The position numbers and the translations under genes were made by a program. A stretch of DNA of 25,867 bases from a virus. Lineage: Duplodnaviria > Caudoviricetes. Below the pieces are notes generated by a model. The model searched no databases, was not told the DNA's origin, and saw only the letters and a list, made by a program, of their open reading frames with translations. Of this stretch, positions 8,561 to 16,467 are shown piece after piece (positions within the stretch are counted from its first letter, which is position 1; each line of letters begins with the position of its first letter). The DNA lies in the IMG/VR virus record IMGVR_UViG_3300034104_005696, positions 1 to 25,867 of that record. The stretch is one strand, 5' to 3'.

Positions 8561-9547
8561 TTACTCGGCCAGGGAGTCGGGGGACGGGGCGGCGGCGCGG
8601 GCGGCGGGGGCCGCGGGCGCCAGGAGGGCGGACAGGCCGGCGATCAGCTCGGCCCGGGTACGGAGGGCCCGGAGCTCGGGAGGAACGGCCAGGCCGGCCC
8701 GCTCGGCCAGCTTGACCAGGTCCCCGAGCTTCCGGCCACCAGGGGAGGCCAGGGCGGCCACCAGCTCGGCGCGGTGGGCCTCGAGCGCGGCCGCGGCGGC
8801 CTGGGGGGCGGTGGAGGGGTCGGCCTTGGCCTGGCGGGCGGCCTCGGCGGCCTCGGTGGCCAGGCGCTCGGCCTCGAGCTCCTGGCGGGCCAGGCGGGCC
8901 ACGGCGCCGGGGTCCGAGTCCCCCCAGGCGGGGGCGTCGGGGGGCGCGGGGGCCTTGGGGGCCTCGAGCTCGGCGCGCATACGGGCGGCCTCCCGCTCGA
9001 GGCCGGATCGGTCGGGGGCGACGGCGGCCGCGGGGGCGGCCTCGAGGCCCTGGGAGTCGTCGGCCCCGAGCTCGGGGGCGGGGGCCCCGGGGTCCACCTG
9101 GTCGGCCTCGAGCTCGGGGGCCTCCACCTGGTCGACCACGGTCTCGGGGAACACCACGGCCAGGAGGCCGGGGCCGATCCCCTCCAGGAGGGTGGCGAAC
9201 CGGGGGAGGTTGGCGGTCACCAGCTCGAGGTAGGCGGCGCGGTCCTCGGGGGACAGGTTGACCACCGCGGCGGCCCTCGAGTCCAGGGCGCCGATCGTCT
9301 GTTGGTAGCACACCTGGGCGGCGCGGCTGAACCGCGGCCCCACGGGGGCGGGGGCGGGCTTGGACTGGACGGGGGAGATCAGGCCACAGGTCAGGCGCGG
9401 ATCCTTTTTCAGGCCCGCGGCGTCGGGGTGGCCCACCGGGAGGGTGAAGGATCCCCCGCGGACCAGGGTGGAGGTCCCCCGCTGGAACTTCGAACACTTC
9501 ACCGTGAACCGGTAAAGCTGGCGGGTACTGGTGGCTCGCTCGGCCAT
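8561..9547 (-). CDS. hypothetical protein with C-terminal Rho-N/HeH-like helical motif
   Basis: ATG with GAGG RBS; KLGDLVKLAERAGLAV...TRAELIAGL resembles Rho-N/HeH motifs often found right after phage capsid genes. Confidence 0.6.
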   Translation of the reverse strand: MAERATSTRQLYRFTVKCSKFQRGTSTLVRGGSFTLPVGHPDAAGLKKDPRLTCGLISPVQSKPAPAPVGPRFSRAAQVCYQQTIGALDSRAAAVVNLSPEDRAAYLELVTANLPRFATLLEGIGPGLLAVVFPETVVDQVEAPELEADQVDPGAPAPELGADDSQGLEAAPAAAVAPDRSGLEREAARMRAELEAPKAPAPPDAPAWGDSDPGAVARLARQELEAERLATEAAEAARQAKADPSTAPQAAAAALEAHRAELVAALASPGGRKLGDLVKLAERAGLAVPPELRALRTRAELIAGLSALLAPAAPAARAAAPSPDSLAE

Positions 9548-9598
9548 GGGGGGATCCTCGAGGGTCAGGGGTCGGGGTCGGTCGGTGTCCAGGTGGGG

Positions 9599-9638
9599 GT
9601 AGCTCGGGAGGGCCTGGGAGGCCCCCCCGAGCGGCTAC
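9599..9638 (-). terminator. stem-loop right after major capsid stop (terminator or mRNA stabiliser)
   Basis: GCTCGGGAGGGCCT-GGG-AGGCCCCCCCGAGC (9602-9632), 14-bp stem with one mismatch; no U-tract. Confidence 0.5.
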
Positions 9639-9641
9639 GGA

Positions 9642-10922
9642 TCAGCTCCCGAAGGACTGCGAGGCGGGAACGATCCCCTCCTGCATGATCAGGGCGTCGT
9701 CATTGTAAACGACAAAGTCGGCCTCATAGAACACGTCCAGGCGCCACCGCTCGGCCTCCTGTTCCCACTTCCGGTAGGCGCGGACCTTGCGGCACAGGAC
9801 CACCACCAGGTTCCGGGGGTTGGTCAGGAGGCACGGGGCACAGTCGGCCACGTCCAGGACGTAGTCGCCGGCCGTCGTGCTGATCGTGGACTGGCCGAGG
9901 TTCCCCGCGGTGGTGATCACGTTGTGGGAGCTCACGTTCTCCACGCTCACGTCCTCGGTCTCCCCCGTGTCGGTGAAGGTGACCCGGACCACGCGATCGA
10001 GGTTGGCCACGGCGTAGCCGCCGAACAGCGTATCCACCCGGAGCGTGATCGTTCCGTCCCCGTTGTCGGTCACGGTGTCGGCCGAGCTGGTGGAGCCGGT
10101 CAGGGTGTCGAACCCCTGATCCGTCGGGAGCTGGGGGACCAGGATCGGGGGGATCCCGCCGGGCGCATAGCGGCGGCGCTCGGTGAGGGCCTGATCGGTG
10201 AGCTGGGAACCGCCCCCCAGGCTGGTCAGGTACTCGGTGAAGTTGTCGTCCAGGGCGGGGGGACAGAACCAGCGGAGATCCGGATCGTCCCGGAACTGCG
10301 AGGGCATCCGGCGCAACATGGCCGGGTAGAGGGTCCGCGCCCACGCGCTCCCGCGGGTGGTCGTCCGGTAGCCGCCACCGGATCGGCCCTGCTTGAGCCA
10401 CCCGTCCCGCTGGCGCAGGAGGCGATCGAGGCGGGTGGAGCTCCCCAGGGTGGTGTCACCCCGGAGCGCGGCCTTTGCCAGGTCGTTCCCCATGGCCTTC
10501 CCGAACGCTCCCCGCACCTTCCCGTCCAGATCGGGCTCACCGCTGGCGCGGGACTCGGACAGGTCCTCGAGCGTCAGGAACCAGGTGGCCTGGAACTTCT
10601 TGGCGCTGTAGGACTTGTGATCCGTGTCCGGGTGGGTTGCGACGGTCGATCCGCCGTTCTCGCTCACGCCCTCGGTCACCGTGTCGGTGATCTCGATCGT
10701 CGGGAGCTGGCCGGCGCGCTGGTCGCGCATACGGACCGAACACGCGGCGAGCCACCCGGCCTGGGCGACGGTGAGATCCACCAGGCTGTCCACCTGGGCG
10801 CGGTTCATGTAGTCGCCGGTCGCCAGGCTGTCGGTGGTGGGGACTTCCGGGGAGAGGGCCTTACGGACCCCCATTCGGTCAAGGGAGGCGCCAACGCGCT
10901 CCAGGAGGTCGGTGGTAGACAC
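9642..10922 (-). CDS. major capsid protein (HK97 fold, P2/XkdG-like) with beta-rich insertion
   Basis: GTG with GGAG RBS; motifs MNRAQVDSLVD, AMGNDLAKAALRGD, DGWLKQ, MPSQFR, LLTNPRNLVV, EADFVV. Confidence 0.88.
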   Translation of the reverse strand: MSTTDLLERVGASLDRMGVRKALSPEVPTTDSLATGDYMNRAQVDSLVDLTVAQAGWLAACSVRMRDQRAGQLPTIEITDTVTEGVSENGGSTVATHPDTDHKSYSAKKFQATWFLTLEDLSESRASGEPDLDGKVRGAFGKAMGNDLAKAALRGDTTLGSSTRLDRLLRQRDGWLKQGRSGGGYRTTTRGSAWARTLYPAMLRRMPSQFRDDPDLRWFCPPALDDNFTEYLTSLGGGSQLTDQALTERRRYAPGGIPPILVPQLPTDQGFDTLTGSTSSADTVTDNGDGTITLRVDTLFGGYAVANLDRVVRVTFTDTGETEDVSVENVSSHNVITTAGNLGQSTISTTAGDYVLDVADCAPCLLTNPRNLVVVLCRKVRAYRKWEQEAERWRLDVFYEADFVVYNDDALIMQEGIVPASQSFGS

Positions 10923-11010
10923 GGTGGGATCTCCAGGTCAGGGGACGGGGGTGGACGGGGGGAGGGGTGGAGGGCCCGGCGGCGGGCCCGTCAGGTGGTG
11001 GAGGGGAAGG

Positions 11011-12309
11011 CTACCCGGGCCGGGTGGCGGTGAAGTCGAACGCCGAACCCTTCCACGCGGACCCGTCGGACTTGCGGGCGGTCTCGGGGTCACCGGCCCC
11101 GCGGGGGCGGTTCGGGGTCTCGGCCAGCTTGGCCACGCGCTCGGTGGTGAGGATCAGGGCCTCGGCCAGGCCCACGCGGTGGCCTTCCTTCCCGGGCTCC
11201 CCCACGCCCTTGATCACGGTCTCGAGGCCGTCCACCTTGTCGGTGGCGGGCTTCACGGCCTTGGCGACCATGGCGTCGATCTGCGGGCCGAGGCGCCCCA
11301 CGATCGCGGCGATCATGGTCTCGGGGTCGCTCATGCTCCCGTCCACGCTGGAACCCTGGCCGAGCTGGCGCGGGAGCTCCCCGGTGGGGAGCGCGGCCTG
11401 TGCGGGGCCCATCACGGCGCCCTTGAACACGGCGGCCGAGGCCTCGAGGGCCACGGCCTGGAGGCGGGCGGGGTCGGTGACGCCGGCGGCCTTGGCCACC
11501 TTGACGGCGGTTTCGGCGGCGGCGGTGGCAATTGCGGCGAGCTTGATCGGATCCATGGCGGGGGCCTCGGGGTCGGGGGTGGAGAGGGGGTCGGCGGCCT
11601 TGGCGGCCTTTTCGTTGGCGGTGAGCAGGGCGGACAGGGCCGCGCGGGTAGCCTCGAGGGCCGTAAGCGCGGACTGGATTGTATCCATGTTCGCGGCGCT
11701 GATCACCTTTCCCGCTTTTTGGGCGATCGTCGGGTCGCTCGGGAGACCGATCGGGGCGGCCTTCATGGCCAGGGCCAGGGCGGTGGCGTCCTCGGCCTTG
11801 GTCACCGGGAACCGATCCACCAGGTCCAGAATGTGGGCCCGGAACTGGTCAAGGGCCACGCTGATCGCGGTCCGCTTGTCCACGATCGTGGCGTCCTCCA
11901 GGATGTTCCCGATCACTTCCCACAGGGCGTCGGTGGCCTGCCAGCGGGCGCGGTTCAGGGCCTCGGCGGCCAGGGCGGCGTTGAAGTCCGTAGGCTCCCC
12001 GTCCTTTTTCACGGTGGAGAGTCCCAGGGCCTTCATGGCCATGGCGGGGAGGGCCAGGAGCGGGCCGAACACCCCGCGCCACCAGCTCGAGGTGTCGGGC
12101 CCCGCGCCACCGTGGGCGGCGGTGAAGATCGGGACCTGGGGGGCGGGGGAGTCGGGGTCGGCCTTGGCCACCGAGATCACCCGCTGGTTGGCGCCGGCGC
12201 CCACCAGGGACAGGAACCCGGCGGGCTCCCCGGTCAGGGGGTCCACCTGGGAGGGGTCGGACATCAGGGTGATCACCGTGCGGCCGTCGGCCGTCGGGAG
12301 TCTGGACAT
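11011..12309 (-). CDS. capsid scaffold / protease-associated protein
   Basis: Likely start ATG 12309. N-terminal FLSLVGAGANQ matches the SLV-x-x-x-AN motif of prohead-protease-linked proteins; KAGKVISAAN motif; Ala-rich helical C-terminus; directly before the capsid gene. Confidence 0.7.
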   Translation of the reverse strand: MSRLPTADGRTVITLMSDPSQVDPLTGEPAGFLSLVGAGANQRVISVAKADPDSPAPQVPIFTAAHGGAGPDTSSWWRGVFGPLLALPAMAMKALGLSTVKKDGEPTDFNAALAAEALNRARWQATDALWEVIGNILEDATIVDKRTAISVALDQFRAHILDLVDRFPVTKAEDATALALAMKAAPIGLPSDPTIAQKAGKVISAANMDTIQSALTALEATRAALSALLTANEKAAKAADPLSTPDPEAPAMDPIKLAAIATAAAETAVKVAKAAGVTDPARLQAVALEASAAVFKGAVMGPAQAALPTGELPRQLGQGSSVDGSMSDPETMIAAIVGRLGPQIDAMVAKAVKPATDKVDGLETVIKGVGEPGKEGHRVGLAEALILTTERVAKLAETPNRPRGAGDPETARKSDGSAWKGSAFDFTATRPG

Positions 12310-12320
12310 ACCGGAGGGGT

Positions 12321-12899
12321 TCACGCGGTCACCGTGGGGGAAGGGGGGCGGCGGACAACGACGGGGATCTTGCGGACCACCGCTTGGAAGCTCACGGCGT
12401 TGATCGTCCCGGCCTCCACCGCGCTCCACTCGGGAGACCCGGGATCGAGCTCCACCACCACCACCCAGGCTCCCGGGAAAAAGTGAGGGGATCCGATCTC
12501 GGGGGTGTTCAGGAAGGACTGGACCACGCGGGCGGTGTCCCGGCTGATCTGATCGTGCTGAACGTCCACGCGGCGGGAGTCGGTCAGGAACCCGTGGGCC
12601 AGTTGCTCGAGGTCCTGGGGTAGCATGGCTTCCCCGTGGGCGTCGATCGGGTCCAGGGCCCGGCGGGCCAGGTCGGGGGAGGCGGCCGCGGCGGCCGTCC
12701 AGTCGGGGGCGGTGGCGCCGGCCTTGGCGGCGAGCTCGAGCGCCAGGCCCTCGAGCTCGGCAAACGCCACCGGGTCGAACGGTAGGTAGGCCTCGAGGTA
12801 GATCAGGCCACGATCAAGGCCCCGAACCGCCCCCTTGCGGGTTCGGACCACGCGGCCGGTGATCTGTCGGGCGCCTTCCACGGTGCGATCGAGCTCCAC
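12321..12899 (-). CDS. XkdF-like prohead serine protease
   Basis: LIYLEAYLP, IDAHGE, VDVQHD, VVQSF, PGAWVV, WSAVEAGTINAVSF follow the XkdF-family pattern. Confidence 0.85.
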   Translation of the reverse strand: MELDRTVEGARQITGRVVRTRKGAVRGLDRGLIYLEAYLPFDPVAFAELEGLALELAAKAGATAPDWTAAAAASPDLARRALDPIDAHGEAMLPQDLEQLAHGFLTDSRRVDVQHDQISRDTARVVQSFLNTPEIGSPHFFPGAWVVVVELDPGSPEWSAVEAGTINAVSFQAVVRKIPVVVRRPPSPTVTA

Positions 12900-12917
12900 C
12901 GAGGCGGTATAGCACGA

Positions 12918-13976
12918 TCAGCGGCGGGAGCGCGGCGGGCCTTTTTTCACCAGGTCGGCCACGGCCAGGGCCACCAGTGATCGGCGGGCCAGGAGCGCGG
13001 GCGCCAGGACGGCCACCCGTTCGGGCGCCAGGCCCCCGAGCTCGAGGGCCCGGCGGGCCTGGTCCTCGGTCACCGCGGCCAGGCGCTCGGCCATGGGGGC
13101 CAGGAGCTCGGGGGAGCTCACCCCGCGGGCGTAGTCCTCGAGCTCGAGGACCTGGCCGAGCTCGGACACGTCCCCGGGGGTGAAGGCCCCGTCCGGGCGG
13201 CCGTGGGCCCGGTAGGCCAGGCACCCGGACAGGTCCCACCGGACCAGGAGGGCGGACCCGGGGAGCTGGTAGCGGCGGGCCTTGATCCCGTCGGGGATCC
13301 GGCTGTTCCCGATCCACACGTCGGCCGGGAGCTCCTGGACCAGGTCGGTGGACACGTCGGCCGGAACCAGGTGGAGGGGGAACCATGCGGCCAGGCGCGG
13401 CCAGGCCACCGCGGGCCGGCCCTCGAGCTCCACCAGGCGGACCGCGGGCGCGGCCACGCCCACCAGGCGGTACAGGGCGGCCGCGGCCACCGTCATCCCG
13501 GCCTGGTCCGCGGTGGGGAAGGTTCGGACCGTCCACCGCTCCCCGGTCACCTGGTCGACGTAGGCTCGGCCCCCGTCCTCGAGGCTCGCGGGGGTCACGG
13601 CCTCGAGGCGGCGCCCCATGGCGGCGGGGGACAGGGCGGCCGAGGGCCCCGGGCGTAGTGCGGCCTGGGCGGGCGACGGTGGCGCCGGCGGGGGAGCTCC
13701 ACCCGCCAGGACCTTGGCGCGGTCCAGGAGCGTAGCCGGGGGCGTGGGCGGGGCCCGGTAGGGGTTCCCGTGCGGGGAGGCCTCGGCCATGGCGCCGTCG
13801 TCGGGCGGGGACACGGGGAGCGGGGGATCGAACACTCCCAGGGCGTCGGCCTGGTGTTCCACCCCGTTGATCACGATGATCTGGCCGGCGCCGGTGGCCT
13901 TCCCCCCGCTGATCTTGGTGGTGTAGCCGGCGGGCCAGGAGGGGTCAGGCTTGAACGGTGGGACGGTGGGGGGCAT
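12918..13976 (-). CDS. pseudokinase, degenerate paralog of the kinase domain in the upstream MuF fusion
   Basis: ATG 13976 with GGAGG RBS; C-terminal ~210 aa align colinearly by eye with the MuF kinase domain but lack the catalytic Lys, Glu and Asp. Confidence 0.72.
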   Translation of the reverse strand: MPPTVPPFKPDPSWPAGYTTKISGGKATGAGQIIVINGVEHQADALGVFDPPLPVSPPDDGAMAEASPHGNPYRAPPTPPATLLDRAKVLAGGAPPPAPPSPAQAALRPGPSAALSPAAMGRRLEAVTPASLEDGGRAYVDQVTGERWTVRTFPTADQAGMTVAAAALYRLVGVAAPAVRLVELEGRPAVAWPRLAAWFPLHLVPADVSTDLVQELPADVWIGNSRIPDGIKARRYQLPGSALLVRWDLSGCLAYRAHGRPDGAFTPGDVSELGQVLELEDYARGVSSPELLAPMAERLAAVTEDQARRALELGGLAPERVAVLAPALLARRSLVALAVADLVKKGPPRSRR

Positions 13977-14007
13977 GGTCAGGCCTCCAGTGTGGGGGTG
14001 GTCGGGG

Positions 14008-16464
14008 TCATGGCTCGAGGACGGCCTGAACAAGCCAGTAGCCGGCCGGCGTCTTTTTTGCTGTAAGGACGCGGATCTTTGAACGCATACCCAACAGGAT
14101 CTCCTGTTCGGCGGGGCATTGTGTGAAGTCCTCCACCCAGGCGCCCTTCCCGCCCTTGGGGATCAGGATCTTGAACATCACCGAGTCGCGGGAACCCTTG
14201 AACCGGCTGGCGGCGTCCTCGGCCAGGGACGTGGACCGGAACCCCGGATCGAGGTTGATCCGGCCCTCGGCCTCCCCGGCGGCCCCCTGGAGTAGGGCCT
14301 GGGTCCAGGCGCCCCCCTCGGCCCCGCGCCATACCACCACGTCCTCGGGCATGGTCGAACCGTCGATCGCGGACTGGCGTAGCTTGTCCGCGGCGTTGGC
14401 GGCCTTCCCCGCGCGTAGGTCCCCGTTGATCACGTCATAGGCGCCCCCGGTGTAGTCCCGGAGCTCGGCCTTTTCGGCGGCGTTCATGCGGCGGTGGGGG
14501 ATCAGGTGTTTGTCCCCCCAGGCCTTTGTTTTGGCGTCATACTTCCCGAACTTCTGATCGGCCGCGTTCAGGCGCCGGATCTCGGCCAGGGCCTTCCCCT
14601 TGGCCTCGAGCTTGGCGGTTCGGTCGTCCAGGAGGGCGACGATCGCTCCCCGGTCCGAGTCGGTGATCTCGGTGTCGGCGGCCAGGTAGCGGCCCCACCC
14701 GCCGGCCTTTTTCTCCAGGGCGGTGATCGCCTTGATCTGGTCCTCGAGGCCCTGGATCTCCATGGCCTGATCGACGCCGGCGTCCCGCATGATCCGGGCG
14801 TACCCGGGGTTGGACCCGTCCCCGTACTTCCACCATTCGGACATATCCGCCAGGTGGTGGGGGGACTTCCGGGCGCCTTGGGCGCGGTGGAGGAAGGCGG
14901 CCCCCTGGTCGATCCGGGCGATCCCGCCCCCGGGGAGCTCCACCATGTTGTCCATGGACAGGCCGGCGGCGTCCCAATTCGCGGTCAGGACATCAGCGGC
15001 GAACCCGTCCAGGGCCTTCACGGCCCGGGCCTTGGTCGCGGCCAGGGTGGCCCCCCTGGCGCGGGCCTCGAGGGTCCCCAGGTTGTCCATGATCTCGGAC
15101 GCGTAGGCCAGGCGGCCGTCCTCGGTCCTGAACAGCTCGGACTTGGGGGCCCCGAGGCCGAGATCCCGGTAAAGCCTGTTCGCTACATGCTCCCCGGCGG
15201 CCTGGCCGGGATCCTTGTAGAACTTGACGTAGCGGGCCACCCCGTCGGTCCCCGTGTAGAACCCGCCGTCGTTGGACCCCGCGGGCCCCGCGGTCCGCTG
15301 GTGGAGGATCACCCGGTGGCGTGGCTCGGCGGCGGCCGCGGCGGCCACGGGCTTGGGCGGGCGCGGCTTGGGGGGCGGCTTGGGGGTGGTGGCGTCCACG
15401 TCCCCGAGCGGATCGAGCTCCTGGTGACTGATCGGGGTCCAGGTGACCACGTCCACCGAGGATCGACAATGGAAGTGAAGCGGGGGCCAGGCGATCCCCT
15501 TGGCCTGGAGGTCCTGGGGGGTCAGGAGGGCCCCGGACGGGTCCTCGAGGTCCCGGAGCTTGGGCCACGGGCTGATCGCTTTCCAGTCGTCGGGGTTGTC
15601 GGTGGCCAGGAGCTGATCCCGGAGCTTCACCGCGCCCTTCACGCTGAACCGCTGGCCGTCCAGGCGGCGGCATACGTCGGACGTGCGTTCGTCCAGGGGG
15701 TTGACGTATTCGTACACGGTGGCGCCGGTGGCGGCCATGGCGCCCACGGCCCCGAAGGAACGGGCCCGGGTTGCGACGGTGGCGGCCAGGCCCCGCCAGT
15801 AGGTCCGGGATCGGTCATGCTCGGCGCCGAACGCGGCGGCCAGGGCGTCCCCGGCCTCCACCCGTCCCAGGCCCCCCTGGATCGCCACCTTGTCCACGAT
15901 CGCCAGGAGCTTGGCCGAGTCGAGCTGATCCCCGTAGGCCTTCCCGATCCAGAACGTCCCCGCGTTGGTCAGGCCGTGGATCGCGTCCTGGTCGGGGAGG
16001 GAAAACCCGGCCGTCCACCCCATGGGGGTGGTGATCTCGGACTTCCCCAGGGCGGCCGCGGCGGCCATGTAGCGGCCGAGGGTGGCGGCCTCCTGGGGGT
16101 TGGCGGTGAAGTCGGCCCCGGCCCGCTCGAGCTCATTCTGTAGCTTGTCCAGGCGCCGGCGGGCCTTTTCCTTCCACCGCGGATCGGCGTCGGCCGTGGC
16201 GGCGAGCTCGGCCAGCTCCCGCGCGGTGGCGGTCACGTTCGGGCGGGTTTCGTCCCAGGCCGAGGCCATGAAGGCCTCGAGGTCCCCGGCGATCCCGGTG
16301 TAGACCTTGGGGGTGGCCTTGATCGCCAGGACCTGGCGGATCATCCCGTCCACCACGTCCAGGGCCTTCACGGTGACGTGATCGGCCCCGGTGGCGTCCA
16401 GGTTCCACCGGTCAGCTCGAGGCCCGAAGTAGGCGGCCCGGGCGGCGGGTCCAGTGAGGTCCAC
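14008..16464 (-). CDS. MuF (SPP1 gp7-like) head morphogenesis protein fused to HipA/PI4K-like kinase and VIP2-like ADP-ribosyltransferase
   Basis: MuF: DERTSDVCRRLDG...PPLHFHCRS. Kinase: GSNDGG, YVKF, GEHVA, ANWD...DN, RIDQG. ART: YT...INGDLR, VWRG, FRSTSL, EQEILL (R-STS-ExE). Located right after portal. Confidence 0.88.
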   Translation of the reverse strand: MDLTGPAARAAYFGPRADRWNLDATGADHVTVKALDVVDGMIRQVLAIKATPKVYTGIAGDLEAFMASAWDETRPNVTATARELAELAATADADPRWKEKARRRLDKLQNELERAGADFTANPQEAATLGRYMAAAAALGKSEITTPMGWTAGFSLPDQDAIHGLTNAGTFWIGKAYGDQLDSAKLLAIVDKVAIQGGLGRVEAGDALAAAFGAEHDRSRTYWRGLAATVATRARSFGAVGAMAATGATVYEYVNPLDERTSDVCRRLDGQRFSVKGAVKLRDQLLATDNPDDWKAISPWPKLRDLEDPSGALLTPQDLQAKGIAWPPLHFHCRSSVDVVTWTPISHQELDPLGDVDATTPKPPPKPRPPKPVAAAAAAEPRHRVILHQRTAGPAGSNDGGFYTGTDGVARYVKFYKDPGQAAGEHVANRLYRDLGLGAPKSELFRTEDGRLAYASEIMDNLGTLEARARGATLAATKARAVKALDGFAADVLTANWDAAGLSMDNMVELPGGGIARIDQGAAFLHRAQGARKSPHHLADMSEWWKYGDGSNPGYARIMRDAGVDQAMEIQGLEDQIKAITALEKKAGGWGRYLAADTEITDSDRGAIVALLDDRTAKLEAKGKALAEIRRLNAADQKFGKYDAKTKAWGDKHLIPHRRMNAAEKAELRDYTGGAYDVINGDLRAGKAANAADKLRQSAIDGSTMPEDVVVWRGAEGGAWTQALLQGAAGEAEGRINLDPGFRSTSLAEDAASRFKGSRDSVMFKILIPKGGKGAWVEDFTQCPAEQEILLGMRSKIRVLTAKKTPAGYWLVQAVLEP

Positions 16465-16467
16465 GGG

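Noticed and set aside
7677-9497. 606-aa Arg/Pro/Gly-rich minus-strand ORF and similar alternate-frame ORFs
   Set aside because: Off-frame readings of real genes with typical frameshifted composition and no RBS.
12900-12917. TGCTATACC extended -10-like element just before the protease GTG (possible leaderless promoter)
   Set aside because: Lacks the conserved final T and does not match the shared motif at 77-92 and 22881-22896; too weak to call.
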